From Balamuthia mandrillaris (taxonomy: Eukaryota): a stretch of 64,000 nucleotides of DNA. A program made the translations under genes and the position numbers. Positions within the stretch are counted from its first letter, which is position 1. Each line of letters opens with the position of its first letter. The notes below the pieces were generated by a model. The model was not told the DNA's origin and did not search any database. It worked only from the letters and a program-made list of their open reading frames with translations. The stretch covers positions 124,001 through 188,000 of the forward strand of contig JAVKOQ020000073.1 in assembly GCA_031835245.2 (NCBI GenBank). Direction: 5' to 3'. Of this stretch, positions 1 to 10,504 are shown one piece after another.

Positions 1-551
1 GTGCACACATCCTTTCTGCAAAAGGCGCAACGCGTGCGGTCCCATTTCTTCTCCCCCACTTCCAACACTTCGCCTTTGCCGCAATGCACACAACAAAACA
101 CTTTGGCTTTTACAAAGCGTTCCATCAAGTCCTTCTTCTTACCAGTCTTGTCCTCCTTGCCATGTGAGTCAGCTAAAAGTTGTTCCCACTCCTTCGGTGC
201 TTCTCGTTGCCATAAAGCCTTCCACATGCGGTCAGAGCTGCACAGGTGGTACAGGTCGCGGCAGACGAGCAACAGTCGGCCGACGGTGAGGACATCGGCG
301 TGGTGTGACAACATTCCAAACCACACTTCGGGAGGAAGTTCAAGGGACCACCCGCCGAGGGATTGTTGGATGGGAATGCGTTGCGCCCGCTCAAGGGCTT
401 TTGCTTCTTTTCTTAGTCTCGGCAGCTCCGTTTCTGAGCAGGAAATGCAGTAGCCTTTGCAAACTGGATTGGAATAGGCCCCGCAACCTTCGGACTTGCA
501 GAAGATGTCAGGATCTTCATAGTCGGGGTCGTTGGTGTGGTGGTCAGACAT
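1..551 (-). CDS. A20-type zinc finger + F-box + Cys-rich protein (partial, runs off window start); paralog of 795..1628
   Basis: Not in the ORF track. Manual translation from ATG 551: MSDHHTNDPDYEDPDIFCKSEGCGAYSNPVCKGYCISC...WSLELPPEVWFGMLSHHADVLTVGRLLLVCRDLYHLCSSDRMWKALWQRE...CVHC...CAFCRKDVC. No stop codon up to base 1. Confidence 0.8.
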   Translation of the reverse strand, partial: MSDHHTNDPDYEDPDIFCKSEGCGAYSNPVCKGYCISCSETELPRLRKEAKALERAQRIPIQQSLGGWSLELPPEVWFGMLSHHADVLTVGRLLLVCRDLYHLCSSDRMWKALWQREAPKEWEQLLADSHGKEDKTGKKKDLMERFVKAKVFCCVHCGKGEVLEVGEKKWDRTRCAFCRKDVC

Positions 552-794
552 GCCGGAACTTTGGTTTTGTTTCTCCACGCACAAGTTTATCTTTATTAAT
601 TGCCCGTTTCCTTTCCTGTTCCACTTGGACACTTGCTTCAGTGCGGAGTGGCTTGGGCTTACACTTGGACAGCAGCTTCTTAAACAAACTGCAAGCAGAA
701 TTCGTTGGTGATGCTGAACAAGGAGGAAACGTTGGCGGAATGCTCACACGAGGTTATTTTGCTTTTTTTACTTTTACTTTACATTACAGCCACT

Positions 795-1628
795 TTAAAA
801 TCGTTTTCTCTTGGTGGGACGTTCCTGCGCTTTGTCTTCTTCTGCTTCCTCCTCTTCCTCCCCCTCCTCCTCCCCCTCCTCTCTTTCTGCTTGTTCTTCT
901 TCTCCTTCTTCTTCGTCTTCTTCATTGTCCTTTTCCTCTTCAGCAGAACATTCACCACAAGTAGAATTGCCGCTGGAATAGCATGTCATACAAATATCAG
1001 CCCCACATCCGGGACAGGAAGTCCAGTCGTCCGCATGGCAGTGCATGGCTTCCCCGCAGAGCTCGCAAGTGGTTCCACACTTCTCGCAAACGGCCTCACC
1101 GCAATAGTGGCAATTAGCCACGCAGCTGCCACACACTTCCTTTCGGCAGATGTCGCAGTGCAGCACGTCGCATTCCTTCTCCAGCTGTGGCAGCACCTTG
1201 CATTTGTCACAGCTGACGCAACGGAAGACTTTGGTTTTGACAAAGTGCTTCATCAAGTCCTTCTTCGTCCGGCGAAGTTCGTCCTCTCCACGCTTGATCA
1301 GTTTCTTCCACTCGTCAGGGGCCTCCCGTTGCCACATTGCCTTCCACATGTCGAAAGAGCTGCACAGGTGGTACAAGTCGCGGCAGACGAGCAACAGCCG
1401 CCCCACGGCAATGGGATGAGCATGGCCCGAAAGCATGTTGAACCACACCTCGGGTGGAAGCTCCAGGGACCAACCATTGGGAGATTGTTGGATGGTAACG
1501 CGTTGCGCCCGTTGGCGAGCTTTTCGTTCTTGCAGCTTGGGAAGTTGCTTCTTGGCGCAGGAAGAGCAGTAGCCTTTGCAGCCTGGGTTCGGATAGAAAT
1601 AACAGCCTTGGGTCTTACAGTGCGCCAT
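795..1628 (-). CDS. A20-type zinc finger + F-box + CxxC-repeat protein with acidic tail and basic C-terminus; intronless
   Basis: CKTQGCYFYPNPGCKGYCSSC (A20 ZnF pattern); LELPPEVWFNML...LLVCRDLYHLCSSFDMWK (F-box); repeated CxxC pairs; Glu-rich tail; ends PTKRKRF. ATG at 1628. Confidence 0.85.
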   Translation of the reverse strand: MAHCKTQGCYFYPNPGCKGYCSSCAKKQLPKLQERKARQRAQRVTIQQSPNGWSLELPPEVWFNMLSGHAHPIAVGRLLLVCRDLYHLCSSFDMWKAMWQREAPDEWKKLIKRGEDELRRTKKDLMKHFVKTKVFRCVSCDKCKVLPQLEKECDVLHCDICRKEVCGSCVANCHYCGEAVCEKCGTTCELCGEAMHCHADDWTSCPGCGADICMTCYSSGNSTCGECSAEEEKDNEEDEEEGEEEQAEREEGEEEGEEEEEAEEDKAQERPTKRKRF

Positions 1629-1808
1629 GAACAACAGGGTGCCGGTTCCTCCTTGTCTTGCAATAATAGGCTCCTAAAAAATTTTGCAACTTTCTTTAAT
1701 TTTTTGATTGGAAATTTGCAAAATTTTTCCTCGAAATAAATAAAATGCTAAGAAAAAATTTAGAATCAATTCTTTTTTTGTTCTCTATTGGTTTTATTGT
1801 TGTTGTGT

Positions 1809-1985
1809 TTAGACATTGAAATCCCAAATGCAAAGCTCTTGAAAACCGGCAATCTGCAACAACGGGAAGAAGTTGATGAGGAGAACCACACAGAGACAGA
1901 GAGATACCGAGAGTGAGAAAACGAGAGAAGAGAGAGAGAGTACAGAGAGTACAGAGAGATAGCGCACGAGAGAGTGTCGATAAAT

Positions 1986-2028
<43 letters not shown>

Positions 2029-3673
2029 CCAATTTCTCTGGACTGAATTGTAAACACCAAACTCCATCGCCGACTCCCTCTTGGATGCTTGTGATGCAAT
2101 TGCCATCAAAGTCCCATCTAATGCAAACATGAAACATCAGCGTCACAAAAGCAAGCCCAAAACAAAAAAAGCAAAACAAACGCACAGTCGAATCGTTTGA
2201 TCTCTGCTGCCGGAAACGATTTTCTTTTCGTCAAACTACAATATCACACCAACGTTTAGCAAGTAGAAATAAGAAGCAAAACAACGACAGAAGCAAAAGA
2301 AAAAAAAAAGAGAAACATTGGCAACAAGAAGAGAAAAACATGCCTGTAAACACATGACATCGTCGGTGTGACCATGCATTGTAATCCGCAGCTCTTGCGT
2401 TCTCAGGTCCCAAAGACGAAGTGTGTTATCAGCAGAACCAGAAACAATCTTGTCCTCGTCAAACTGAATGTAGTCTACCAAATCGGTGTGCCCTTTCAGG
2501 ACACTGACGCACTTGAAGGAGCGCATGTCCCAAATGCGTATCGTATGATCCTCTGAACATGTCACCAGCTCGTTTCCGTCAAACTGAACACAAAGAACTG
2601 ATTTCAAAATCAAAAATCAGAAAAAGAAGAAACAAAGACAATAAATGAGAACTGGAGAAAGAGAAGCGAATGTTGCAACATAAGTAAGCATGAACATAAG
2701 AGCAGTTTAACGAATGCTCAGCTGTGACAAGAATATGCTGCTAATTTCATTGTAATCCGATCTGGAACAAGAGCTTCATTTGAAAACAACACAATGGTGC
2801 GTTGTGCTCGGCAAACTTTTGTTTTTTGCACGGATAAAACCAAGGGGGGGGAGAGAGAGAGAGAGAGAGAGCGAGAGAAGAGGAGGTGGGAACAAAGAAA
2901 AAGAGTAACAGAAGAAAAAAGGAACGAGAAAGGAGTAGTCAAATACCCGCGCCTTGATGATCAGTTAAGATGTGTTGGCAGGTGCCGGTGTTGACGTCCC
3001 AAACTCGTATAGTGTTGTCTCCGGATCCGCTGATTGCTCTATTCTCCCTAAACTGTACAGTCCGTACCCAATCTCTATGTCCCCAAAATGTTTGCTGCAA
3101 TCGCACAAAGGGAGAGTTGTTGAGAAATAGAGAAAGAAAGAGAAGAAATGAAAGAAAGTACCAAAAGACAATCAGCAGCTTTCTTGTAGGAGAGACTAAT
3201 ATCGTCTTCTTCTGTTACGTTGATTTGTTGTCCATTTGTATGTGTTGTTGATGTTATGCCAGAATGTCCATTTTGAAGCGGTGCTTCCCTTGCTTCTCCT
3301 TCTCTTTTCCTCTTTTTGGCTATTCGGGTATTTCTACCTTCTTCTGATGGTGGTTGATTATCTTCTGTTGTTCTCTCTTCCTCCTCCTCTTCATTGCAAT
3401 GCCGTTGTTGTGAATCTTCGCCTACAAACCCGTTCGTGCGGATATTGTTGTTCAGATAATACGATTCGTCATCCAACACCGAGAGATTCCATAACTTGAT
3501 AGTGTGGTCATCACTGCTTGTTATAAGTCGGTCATGTTCATCAAACTGTAAACATAGTACACAATCTCTGCAACAAGAAGAATAAAAAAGTTAGAATAAG
3601 TTATTATCTTTGAGATAATAGGAAACTGGAAGAGAAGAGAGGGAAGATCGAGAGAGAGAGAGAGAGAGAGAGA

Positions 3674-3718
<45 letters not shown>

Positions 3719-5374
3719 GATGGCGTACGTATGACCACGAATAGTATGAAGACATTTCATTTCCGAAAGAGACCATATTTTAATGGTTTCATCAACGGAA
3801 CACGTGATTATCTTTCTCTCATCAAACTGAAGATATTCTATACCACCTATATGCACAAAACAGCATGTTTATACGTTAGACCAGAGGAAGGTTTTCCAAA
3901 CCAGAGAGAGAGAAAGAGAGAGAAAGAGAAAGATGAATACTAAAGAAAAGAGAGAGAATGAGACGCGTAAACAACCAGAATGTCCAGCCAAACAGCCACG
4001 TTTATAACGTTGTTGAGTCCAATTGTGATTAATCTTTGTACGGCGAGCAAACTTATTTTTCCAACTGGTGCGGCAGCGCTTGGATGTTGGTGAAGAAAAA
4101 GAGTAGGGCGCCACATGCTCCAATGTATCTCGTTGAGCTAAAAACGGAAATCGCTAAACAAGAAAAAGAGTTGGTCAAAAAAACAAGAAGAGAGTAAAGA
4201 AGAGAGGAGAGCAGAGTGCAGAGAGAGCAACTGTACAGGTAATGGTTTAACATGATAGTACGAAAGGTACAATCTTCTCCAGAGGCTGTCATCAGCAACC
4301 AGATGAAAAAGCTTTTTGTTGACAAAAGAGAGATTCAGCACGTCTCTCACGTCGGTAAGATAAGAGGCAATGTGCAAAGAAAGTTCGTCCGGCAAAATGC
4401 TAATTGTTTAAGTTGTAGAGATAAGAAAGAAAGAAAGAAAGAAACGACAAAGAAAGTAAAGATAAGAAAGAAAGAAAGAACCACTAACAAGAACCAAGGA
4501 AGAAATAGCCGGAGGGTATGACATAAGAAAACTAAGAAGAAAGAAGAAGAAGCAAAGAAGCAAAGAAGCGAAGAAGCAAAGAAGCAGAGAGGCAAAGCAG
4601 AAAGAGAGCAAAAAAGAAAGGAAGAAATAAGAAGGAAGAAAGAAAGAAGCAAAAAAGAAGCAAAGAGCAAAAAAGAAGGAAGCAAGAAGATAGCAGATAG
4701 AAGAACAAGAAAAACCAGAAGAACAAGAAGAACGGTATACCTGAAGTAACCACCGGGGCCAGTGTTATTTGCCAACGGCAAGCGATGCGCTTTCTGTGTT
4801 TCATTCATTCATTCATTCATTTTTGCTGTCAACTTGGCCAACTCGCTCAAAAACAAACACCACTGCACGCATACACTCACTCACACTCACAAACCACAAA
4901 TCGACAAAGGAAGCAACACATAACAACCAACGACACAACAAAAGAAAGGGGGAGAGGGATCGTCACCAAGAAGCGATAAAACTCGGCGACGTGCGCGATG
5001 CGCTCGCACAGCCGCCGGGTGGCCTCCCTGCACTGCTCCAGCTCGGCGGAGAGGTAGCTGCCCACGAGGTCCTCTCGGGGCTGGTTGCGAGGGCCGAACA
5101 GCAGCAGCTCCGACAGCAGGTCGGCCGAGCGACTAAAGTCCCTCGCTTTGGCGCGGGCATAGTCCAACGCCTTCTCCGGCTCCTCTTCTGGGAGCGTGGT
5201 CGATTCCTCGCAGTCGATTGGCTTCTTTTCTTTTTGTTCTTCTTCTTGGTGGTGGTGGTGGTCGTAGTCGTCTTCGTTGGCTTTGGTGTTGGTGGTGTTA
5301 GAGGAGCGGTGGTGGGCTTCAGGAGGAGGAGGAGGAGGAACAGCAGCAACTGTTATTCGCTTCGTGCTCCACAT
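1809..5374 (-). CDS. F-box/WD40-repeat protein (FBXW/Cdc4/beta-TrCP-like architecture), multi-exon
   Basis: Spliced F-box GGYFS|ILPDELSLHIASYL...VNKKLFHLVADDSLWRRLY. WD40 repeats TCSVDETIKIW, TCSEDHTIRIWD, GHTDLVDYIQFDEDKIVSGSADNTLRLWD. Last exon IAGFQELCIWDFNV* (stop 1809). First exon 5374..4967 (MWSTKR...) joins in phase 0 through a GT(4966)..AG(4794) intron; the start is less certain. Confidence 0.85.
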
Positions 5375-5612
5375 CTGAACTTCTTTCTTCCACTTTTTTC
5401 TTTCTTTTTTTTTTATTTGAATTACAGGCTGCACCATTTGTGCTCTTTTTGTGTTTCAAAACAGCAGAAGTTGACCACCACCTTAACAAACTGCACCAAA
5501 GCTGGACAAATACTGAACAAATGTTGCAGCGTCGAGATAACATCCCATGTCGTCATGATTGGAAACGAGAAGCGAAAAAAAAGAAAAGAAAAGACACGAT
5601 AGGAAAACAGCT

Positions 5613-6542
5613 ATGGGAGCCTTTTGTTGCTCAGGCTTCTGCGATGACGGCAGCTCTTCCTCTGCAGGGGGCGGGGGTGGGCATGGCAGAAAAAACACCT
5701 CCCAACGCAAACGCATCAACGAGGAGGCCGACCGGATTTATCGCTGGTACAACGGCGGCGCCAATGCCGAAGAGGCACGACAGGAGGCCGCTCCGTTACT
5801 CCCCACTTCCTCCACTTCTTCTTCTTCTTCTTCTTCCACTTTCGTTCCAGCCCCTCCTCTGTTCTCTCCTCCACAACCTCCCTCTTTTACCTCCTCTTCC
5901 TCCCGTTCACACGCCGAACAGACTACAGTCAAGCCTCCCATTATTCTTTCCACAACGAATGCTCCTCCTTCTCTTCCTCCTTCGCATCAGCCAGCTTCCA
6001 CCCCTTCCTCTCGACCGCCACAGCCACCCAAACGAACCACGAGGGAGTTCCCCACCTCCGCCTCCGCCTCGCGTCCCATTTCCACCTTCCGCCCCGCCGA
6101 CGCCGGCGCCCACCCTCCCCTCATCCGCTACCAGGCCCCGCCCACCCCGCCCTCGCGGGAGCGCATGGTGCCCTCCCCTTCCTCCGAGATGGCCCTGCCC
6201 CCGCAGGAACGCTCCCGACGGTCCGTGCGCTTCGTGCAGGTCCTGCCGCCTCCCCCTCCCTCCGCCGCTGCCGCTCTCTTGGCCAGCAGACAGCCTCCTC
6301 CTGTAGGAATGCATTCTTCTCATGCTTTGCATTCTTCTCGTGATCCTCATGCTTCACATTCTTCTCGTGATCCACATGCTTTGCATTCTTATCGTGTTCC
6401 TCATGCTTCGCATTCTTCTCGTGATCCTCATGCTTCGCATTCTTCTCATGCTTCACACCTATCTCCTCAGTCTTTCTACACTTCACAAACTTCTTCACAA
6501 GAACAAACGCAAAACAATGAAGAACGATTCACAACTTCTTGA
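5613..6542 (+). CDS. Pro/Ser-rich hypothetical protein with N-terminal MGAFCC acylation-like motif and His/Ser repeats
   Basis: ORF from ATG 5613, divergent from the F-box/WD40 gene; GC-rich coding-like body. The 3' part could contain an intron. Confidence 0.6.
   Translation: MGAFCCSGFCDDGSSSSAGGGGGHGRKNTSQRKRINEEADRIYRWYNGGANAEEARQEAAPLLPTSSTSSSSSSSTFVPAPPLFSPPQPPSFTSSSSRSHAEQTTVKPPIILSTTNAPPSLPPSHQPASTPSSRPPQPPKRTTREFPTSASASRPISTFRPADAGAHPPLIRYQAPPTPPSRERMVPSPSSEMALPPQERSRRSVRFVQVLPPPPPSAAAALLASRQPPPVGMHSSHALHSSRDPHASHSSRDPHALHSYRVPHASHSSRDPHASHSSHASHLSPQSFYTSQTSSQEQTQNNEERFTTS
6311..6457 (+). repeat. Degenerate 27-bp tandem repeat (about 5 units) encoding HSSRDPHA(S/L)
   Basis: Recurring unit cattcttctcgtgatcctcatgcttc(a/g). 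Confidence 0.8.
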
Positions 6543-6678
6543 CGAAGCCTCACTTCCGTCTCACTTCCTTTTTTTTTTAATTTTCTTGTTCTTTGTTTAT
6601 AATGGCATAACTTTTCTTCTTCTTTGCTCGCCTTTCTTTCTTTCTTTTTTTTTTTGTTCCCTCAAGAGAAAGCAGAGT

Positions 6679-8642
6679 CTAGATTCGCTCGAGAGGAGGC
6701 CAAAGCTTAAAGGCGCTGCGATAAAGACGTGCGGCTTCCTCAGCTCTGCGTTCTGTCTCCAAATCCTCTGCTTGTTCCAACATTCGCAATGCCTCTTGTT
6801 CCTTTGTATTTCACAATTATTAGAAAGAGAACGACGAGAAGAGACCAGGAGGAGAAAAAGAGAAGAGAAGCGAAGAGAGGTGCAAACCTTTGGATCAATG
6901 TCCACAGAGGATGGATCACGGGAGAAGAGGATGTCGGACCTCATAATGTACTTTTGGTTGGAGAGCACTTGCCCTCCTTCATGCAGAATGCGGTGGTTGA
7001 ACACTAACGCCATGCCTGGCTCTGGTTTGAGCTTTTGGAGTATGTTGTGTTCCTATAGTTTTGGTTTTTTTAATTCGAGTAGATGAGAGGGTAAGGCAAG
7101 AGAACGAGGAACGTGAGAAGAGCTGAGAAGCAACGCCACAACAAGCAAGAGGCTAGAGAGAGAAGAGAAGAAAGAAGCAAGAAGCAAGAAGAATAAAGAA
7201 AGAACAAGAACAAGAACAAGAACTAGAACTAGAACTAGAACAAAAAGGAAGATAATAGAAGGAGAGGGTGTATTACTTGAGCTCTGTAGATGCCGGTTTC
7301 ATCTTTGTAGAGTTCTTGTCCTTCTTTGACAAAGTTTGTGGTTCCGCCTGGTGCGTTGCGATCAGCACAAACCGAAAGAAAGAAACCAAGACAGAGCGAA
7401 AGATTGTACCTTCAAAGTCTCCGTTGAGATACAACATGAAGGTCTTCATGGAGCGTTCGTGGAAGCTACGGATAAATGTGCCGTCAAAGTGAGGAGCTTT
7501 TATAAGAGAAGAAAAGAAGAGAAAGAAGAAGAAGAATAGGAAGAAGAGTTAGAACAGAGAAGAAGTGAAATATTGGTGGAGGTTGTACCAAAGTGTCCTC
7601 CAGGCTTGTATCGGCATAGCCTCCAACACTCGTTCAGTTGGTGAGCTTTCCAGTGTCCCTCCAACCTATACGCTTTGCCGACACTGCATTTCGCTTTGTT
7701 GGTTTTTTTGTTGTTTAGTTTCAGACACACCGTGGAGAAGGCAGGGATGAAGAAGAGAGAGAGAGAGAGAGAGAAACGACGAAAGAGAAAGAGAGAGGAA
7801 ACGAGAGAAGAGAGAAGAGAGCAGAGAGGAAAAGAGAGCAGAGAACAGAGAACAGAGAACAGAGAGCAGAGAGCAGAGAGCAAAGAGAGCAAAGAGAGCA
7901 GAGAGCAGAGAGCAGAGAGGAAAAGAGAGCAAAGAGAGCAGAGAGCAAAGAGAGCAGAGAGCAGAGCAAAGAGAGCAGAGAGCAAAGAGCGGTAAGACGA
8001 AAGAAAAAGAGAGAAAGAACAGAGAAGAGAAGTGGAGACGAGACAGATAAGACGAAAACCTCACAAACAAACAAAAGAAAGAAGAACCGACAAGAACGAA
8101 AGAAAGAAGAGTGAAGAAAGCAAAGCCAAGCCCTCAACGACGAACCTTTCTTTGGCTCCACGTCGATATCGAAGATGAAGTCCTTGATCCTCTCCCAAAT
8201 GAGGCGGGAGGTGGCCTCCGAGTTGGCCACCACCCGGTCGGTGTTCCTGTAGTTGGTGTCGTAGCCGCAGTTCTCCAGCCCCAACGCCTCCGCCCGCTCG
8301 ATGTAATAGCGACATTCCGAGGGGGAGAGGACGTTATAGAGCACGAAGCCGCTCTCGTAGGGGTCTTCGCTGTCGGCCGCGGCGGAAGGGGCGGAGCTGC
8401 GAGAAGACGGGTGTTCTTCCCCTCCGTCGTTGGGAGCAAACAGGTAGACCTTTCGGATGGGTTTCAAGTCCTCGGCAGCTGTAGCGTTTGCAACGTTACA
8501 AACCACAAAAAACAAAAAATGAATGAGAAAGAAAATGAAAAAGTTTTTAACCGAGAAGAGGCTCGAAGGTGAGGTCGGTGTCTTCGTAGGCCTTTTGTTG
8601 TTCGCCTTGTGGCACGGATGGACTGAACCTCTCCTCTTCCAT
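6679..8642 (-). CDS. 2OG-Fe(II) dioxygenase (prolyl-4-hydroxylase-like) with C-terminal TPR-like helices, multi-exon
   Basis: FVLYNVLSPSEC, YRNTDRV, LNECWRLCRYKPGGHF|xPHFDG (HxD), TFMLYLN, GTTNF, PGMALVFNHRILHEG (distal His), KYIMRSDILF. Ends AARLYRSAFKLWPPLERI* at 6679. ATG 8642 (MEEERF...). Confidence 0.88.
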
Positions 8643-9052
8643 TTTTGTTATGTTGTTGTTGTTGCTATATTGTTATTAATTCTTATTTTTATTTTTATAT
8701 TATTTATTATTTTTAGTTGAAATTCTTTCTCACTTTTTTCTCAGAACAAAATAAAAAATCTGTGAAGGAAACGAAAAAAAAAAAAAACGAGTCATGCAAC
8801 CAAAGAGAAGTGGATATCGGTTCGTTTTATTGAATAAAAGAGGAGTTTTTTATTTAAAAAATAGAGACTTATTTCATCAAAAAATAATCATTAAAAAAAA
8901 AGAATGTCTAAAAGCACAAAAATAAAGTCTCTCTGCTGTGGTTAAAAAGCATGAAAGAGAAAAAAAAATGAAAGCATCACCAAACAAACGAAGAAAAGCA
9001 TCTGCTCTTTCATCATGATATGATGATGATGATGATGATAACGAAAAATAGT

Positions 9053-10063
9053 TTAGAACCAGAAAGGTCCGACGGAGGAGGCAGCGCTCTCCTCGTCACC
9101 GGTGTTGTAGGCAACAACGTCGCTGCCGGTGTTGTAGGCATCACCGTCGTAGGCCACGTCGCCGCCGCCGTACTCCACGTCGCCGCCGTCGTAGGAGACG
9201 TCGCCGCCGTCGTAGGCCACGTCGCTGCCGTCGTAGGAGACATCACCGTCTCCGTAAGTCACGTCACCACCATCGTATTCAACGTCACCGCCATCGTAGA
9301 CAACGTCGCCTCCGTCATAGGAAACATCACCATCTCCATAGCTCACGTCACCGCCGTCGTAGGAGACGTCGCCACCATCGTAAGAGACATCACCACCGTC
9401 GTAGGAGACGTCACCGCCGTCGTAGGTCACATCGCCACCGTCATAGGAGACGTCGCCGCCATCGTAGGTCACGTCCTCACCGTCGTAAGTCACATCACCG
9501 CCGCCATAGGCAACATCATCACCACCGTCATAGGAGACATCACCTCCATCGTAGGTCACGTCGCCACCATCGTAAGAGACATCACCACCGTCGTAGGAGA
9601 CGTCACCGCCATCGTAGGTCACGTCCTCACCGTCGTAAGTCACATCACCGCCGCCATAGGCAACATCATCTCCACCATCGTAAGAGACATCACCTCCATC
9701 GTAGGTCACGTCGCCACCATCGTAAGAGACATCGCCGCCGTCGTAGGAGACATCACCTCCATCGTAAGACACATCACCGCCGTCGTAAGAGACATCTCCA
9801 CCGTCGTAGGTCACGTCACCACCGTCATAAGCAACATCTCCTCCATCATAGGCTACATCTCCTCCATCGTAGGAGACATCACCGCCGTCATAAGAAACAT
9901 CCCCGCCGTCGTAAGACACGTCACCGCCGTCGTAGGTCACATCGTCACCGTCGTAGGAGACGTCGCCTCCTCCGTACTTCACGTTGCCTCTCTTGCGAAG
10001 CGGCGCCGCGAAGGCGGATGTGGCCAACAAGGCCAGCATAGCAAACGCTATCAGTCCTTTCAT
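9053..10063 (-). CDS. Secreted Gly/Asp/Tyr-rich tandem-repeat protein (about 40 x YDGGDV[S/T/A]); intronless
   Basis: Signal peptide MKGLIAFAMLALLATSAFA, then APLRKR (dibasic site), then heptad repeats that vary at synonymous positions. Ends GPFWF*. Confidence 0.9.
   Translation of the reverse strand: MKGLIAFAMLALLATSAFAAPLRKRGNVKYGGGDVSYDGDDVTYDGGDVSYDGGDVSYDGGDVSYDGGDVAYDGGDVAYDGGDVTYDGGDVSYDGGDVSYDGGDVSYDGGDVSYDGGDVTYDGGDVSYDGGDDVAYGGGDVTYDGEDVTYDGGDVSYDGGDVSYDGGDVTYDGGDVSYDGGDDVAYGGGDVTYDGEDVTYDGGDVSYDGGDVTYDGGDVSYDGGDVSYDGGDVSYDGGDVSYGDGDVSYDGGDVVYDGGDVEYDGGDVTYGDGDVSYDGSDVAYDGGDVSYDGGDVEYGGGDVAYDGDAYNTGSDVVAYNTGDEESAASSVGPFWF
9100..9976 (-). repeat. 21-bp coding tandem repeat array with a higher-order duplication of about 150 bp
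   Basis: Units such as cgtcgtaggagacgtcgccgc on the + strand; the block YDGGDDVA-YGGGDVT-YDGEDVT occurs twice. Confidence 0.9.
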
Positions 10064-10504
10064 AGTGATGCCAATGTTTTGCCTCCTTGTTTTTTTGTTT
10101 GGTTTTTTTTTTTGGTTGTTGTTGTTGATGATTTTGAAGTTTGAGTCCGACGAGAGCGTTCAGATTTTATAGCTTGGCAAAAGGTGGTTGAGGAAACGAA
10201 ATTCGTTGTAAAGGTCTTGAGTTTTGCTGTTCAGTTTGACGGTGAGTTTTCCGGTGTTGATTAATAAGTGACGCGGCAGTGCACCATTGGTCTGTTTTAT
10301 GATTTTGCTGAAATTTCCACTTTCAATCTTCTCTTCGTTTTTTTTTTAAGTTTCTCTCGCAGCGGCCACACGCTCTTCTCATCTTCTTTGATGTTCTGCG
10401 TTCTTCTGTTGGCTTTTCATCTTGGTTTTTCATTTATTCATTCTTGGGGGTCCAAATTGTTTCTCCTCTTGTCCTCCGCATTATTTTCTGCTCTCTTCTC
10501 TCTG

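Noticed and set aside
1..1739. Long + strand ORFs (1..453, 305..964, 705..1739)
   Set aside because: Antisense shadows of the A20/F-box genes with no recognisable motifs.
6121..6498. Minus-strand ORF with KHEDHEKNA repeats
   Set aside because: Antisense to the 5613..6542 ORF; it stays open because of the 27-bp repeat and has no independent support.
9100..9976. CRISPR-like array
   Set aside because: The 21-bp units are contiguous with no unique spacers, lie within a coding frame, and there are no cas genes.
6679..10063. RiPP-like cluster (repeat precursor plus adjacent 2OG oxygenase)
   Set aside because: The oxygenase has no signal peptide while the repeat protein is secretory, there are no dibasic sites between repeats, and no protease or other tailoring genes are adjacent. 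Adjacency alone is weak evidence in a eukaryote.
9020..10144. 374-aa + strand ORF (V/T/I/G/D repeats)
   Set aside because: Antisense shadow of the YDGGDV repeat gene. The - strand has the signal peptide and the conserved peptide unit, while the + frame varies at amino-acid level.
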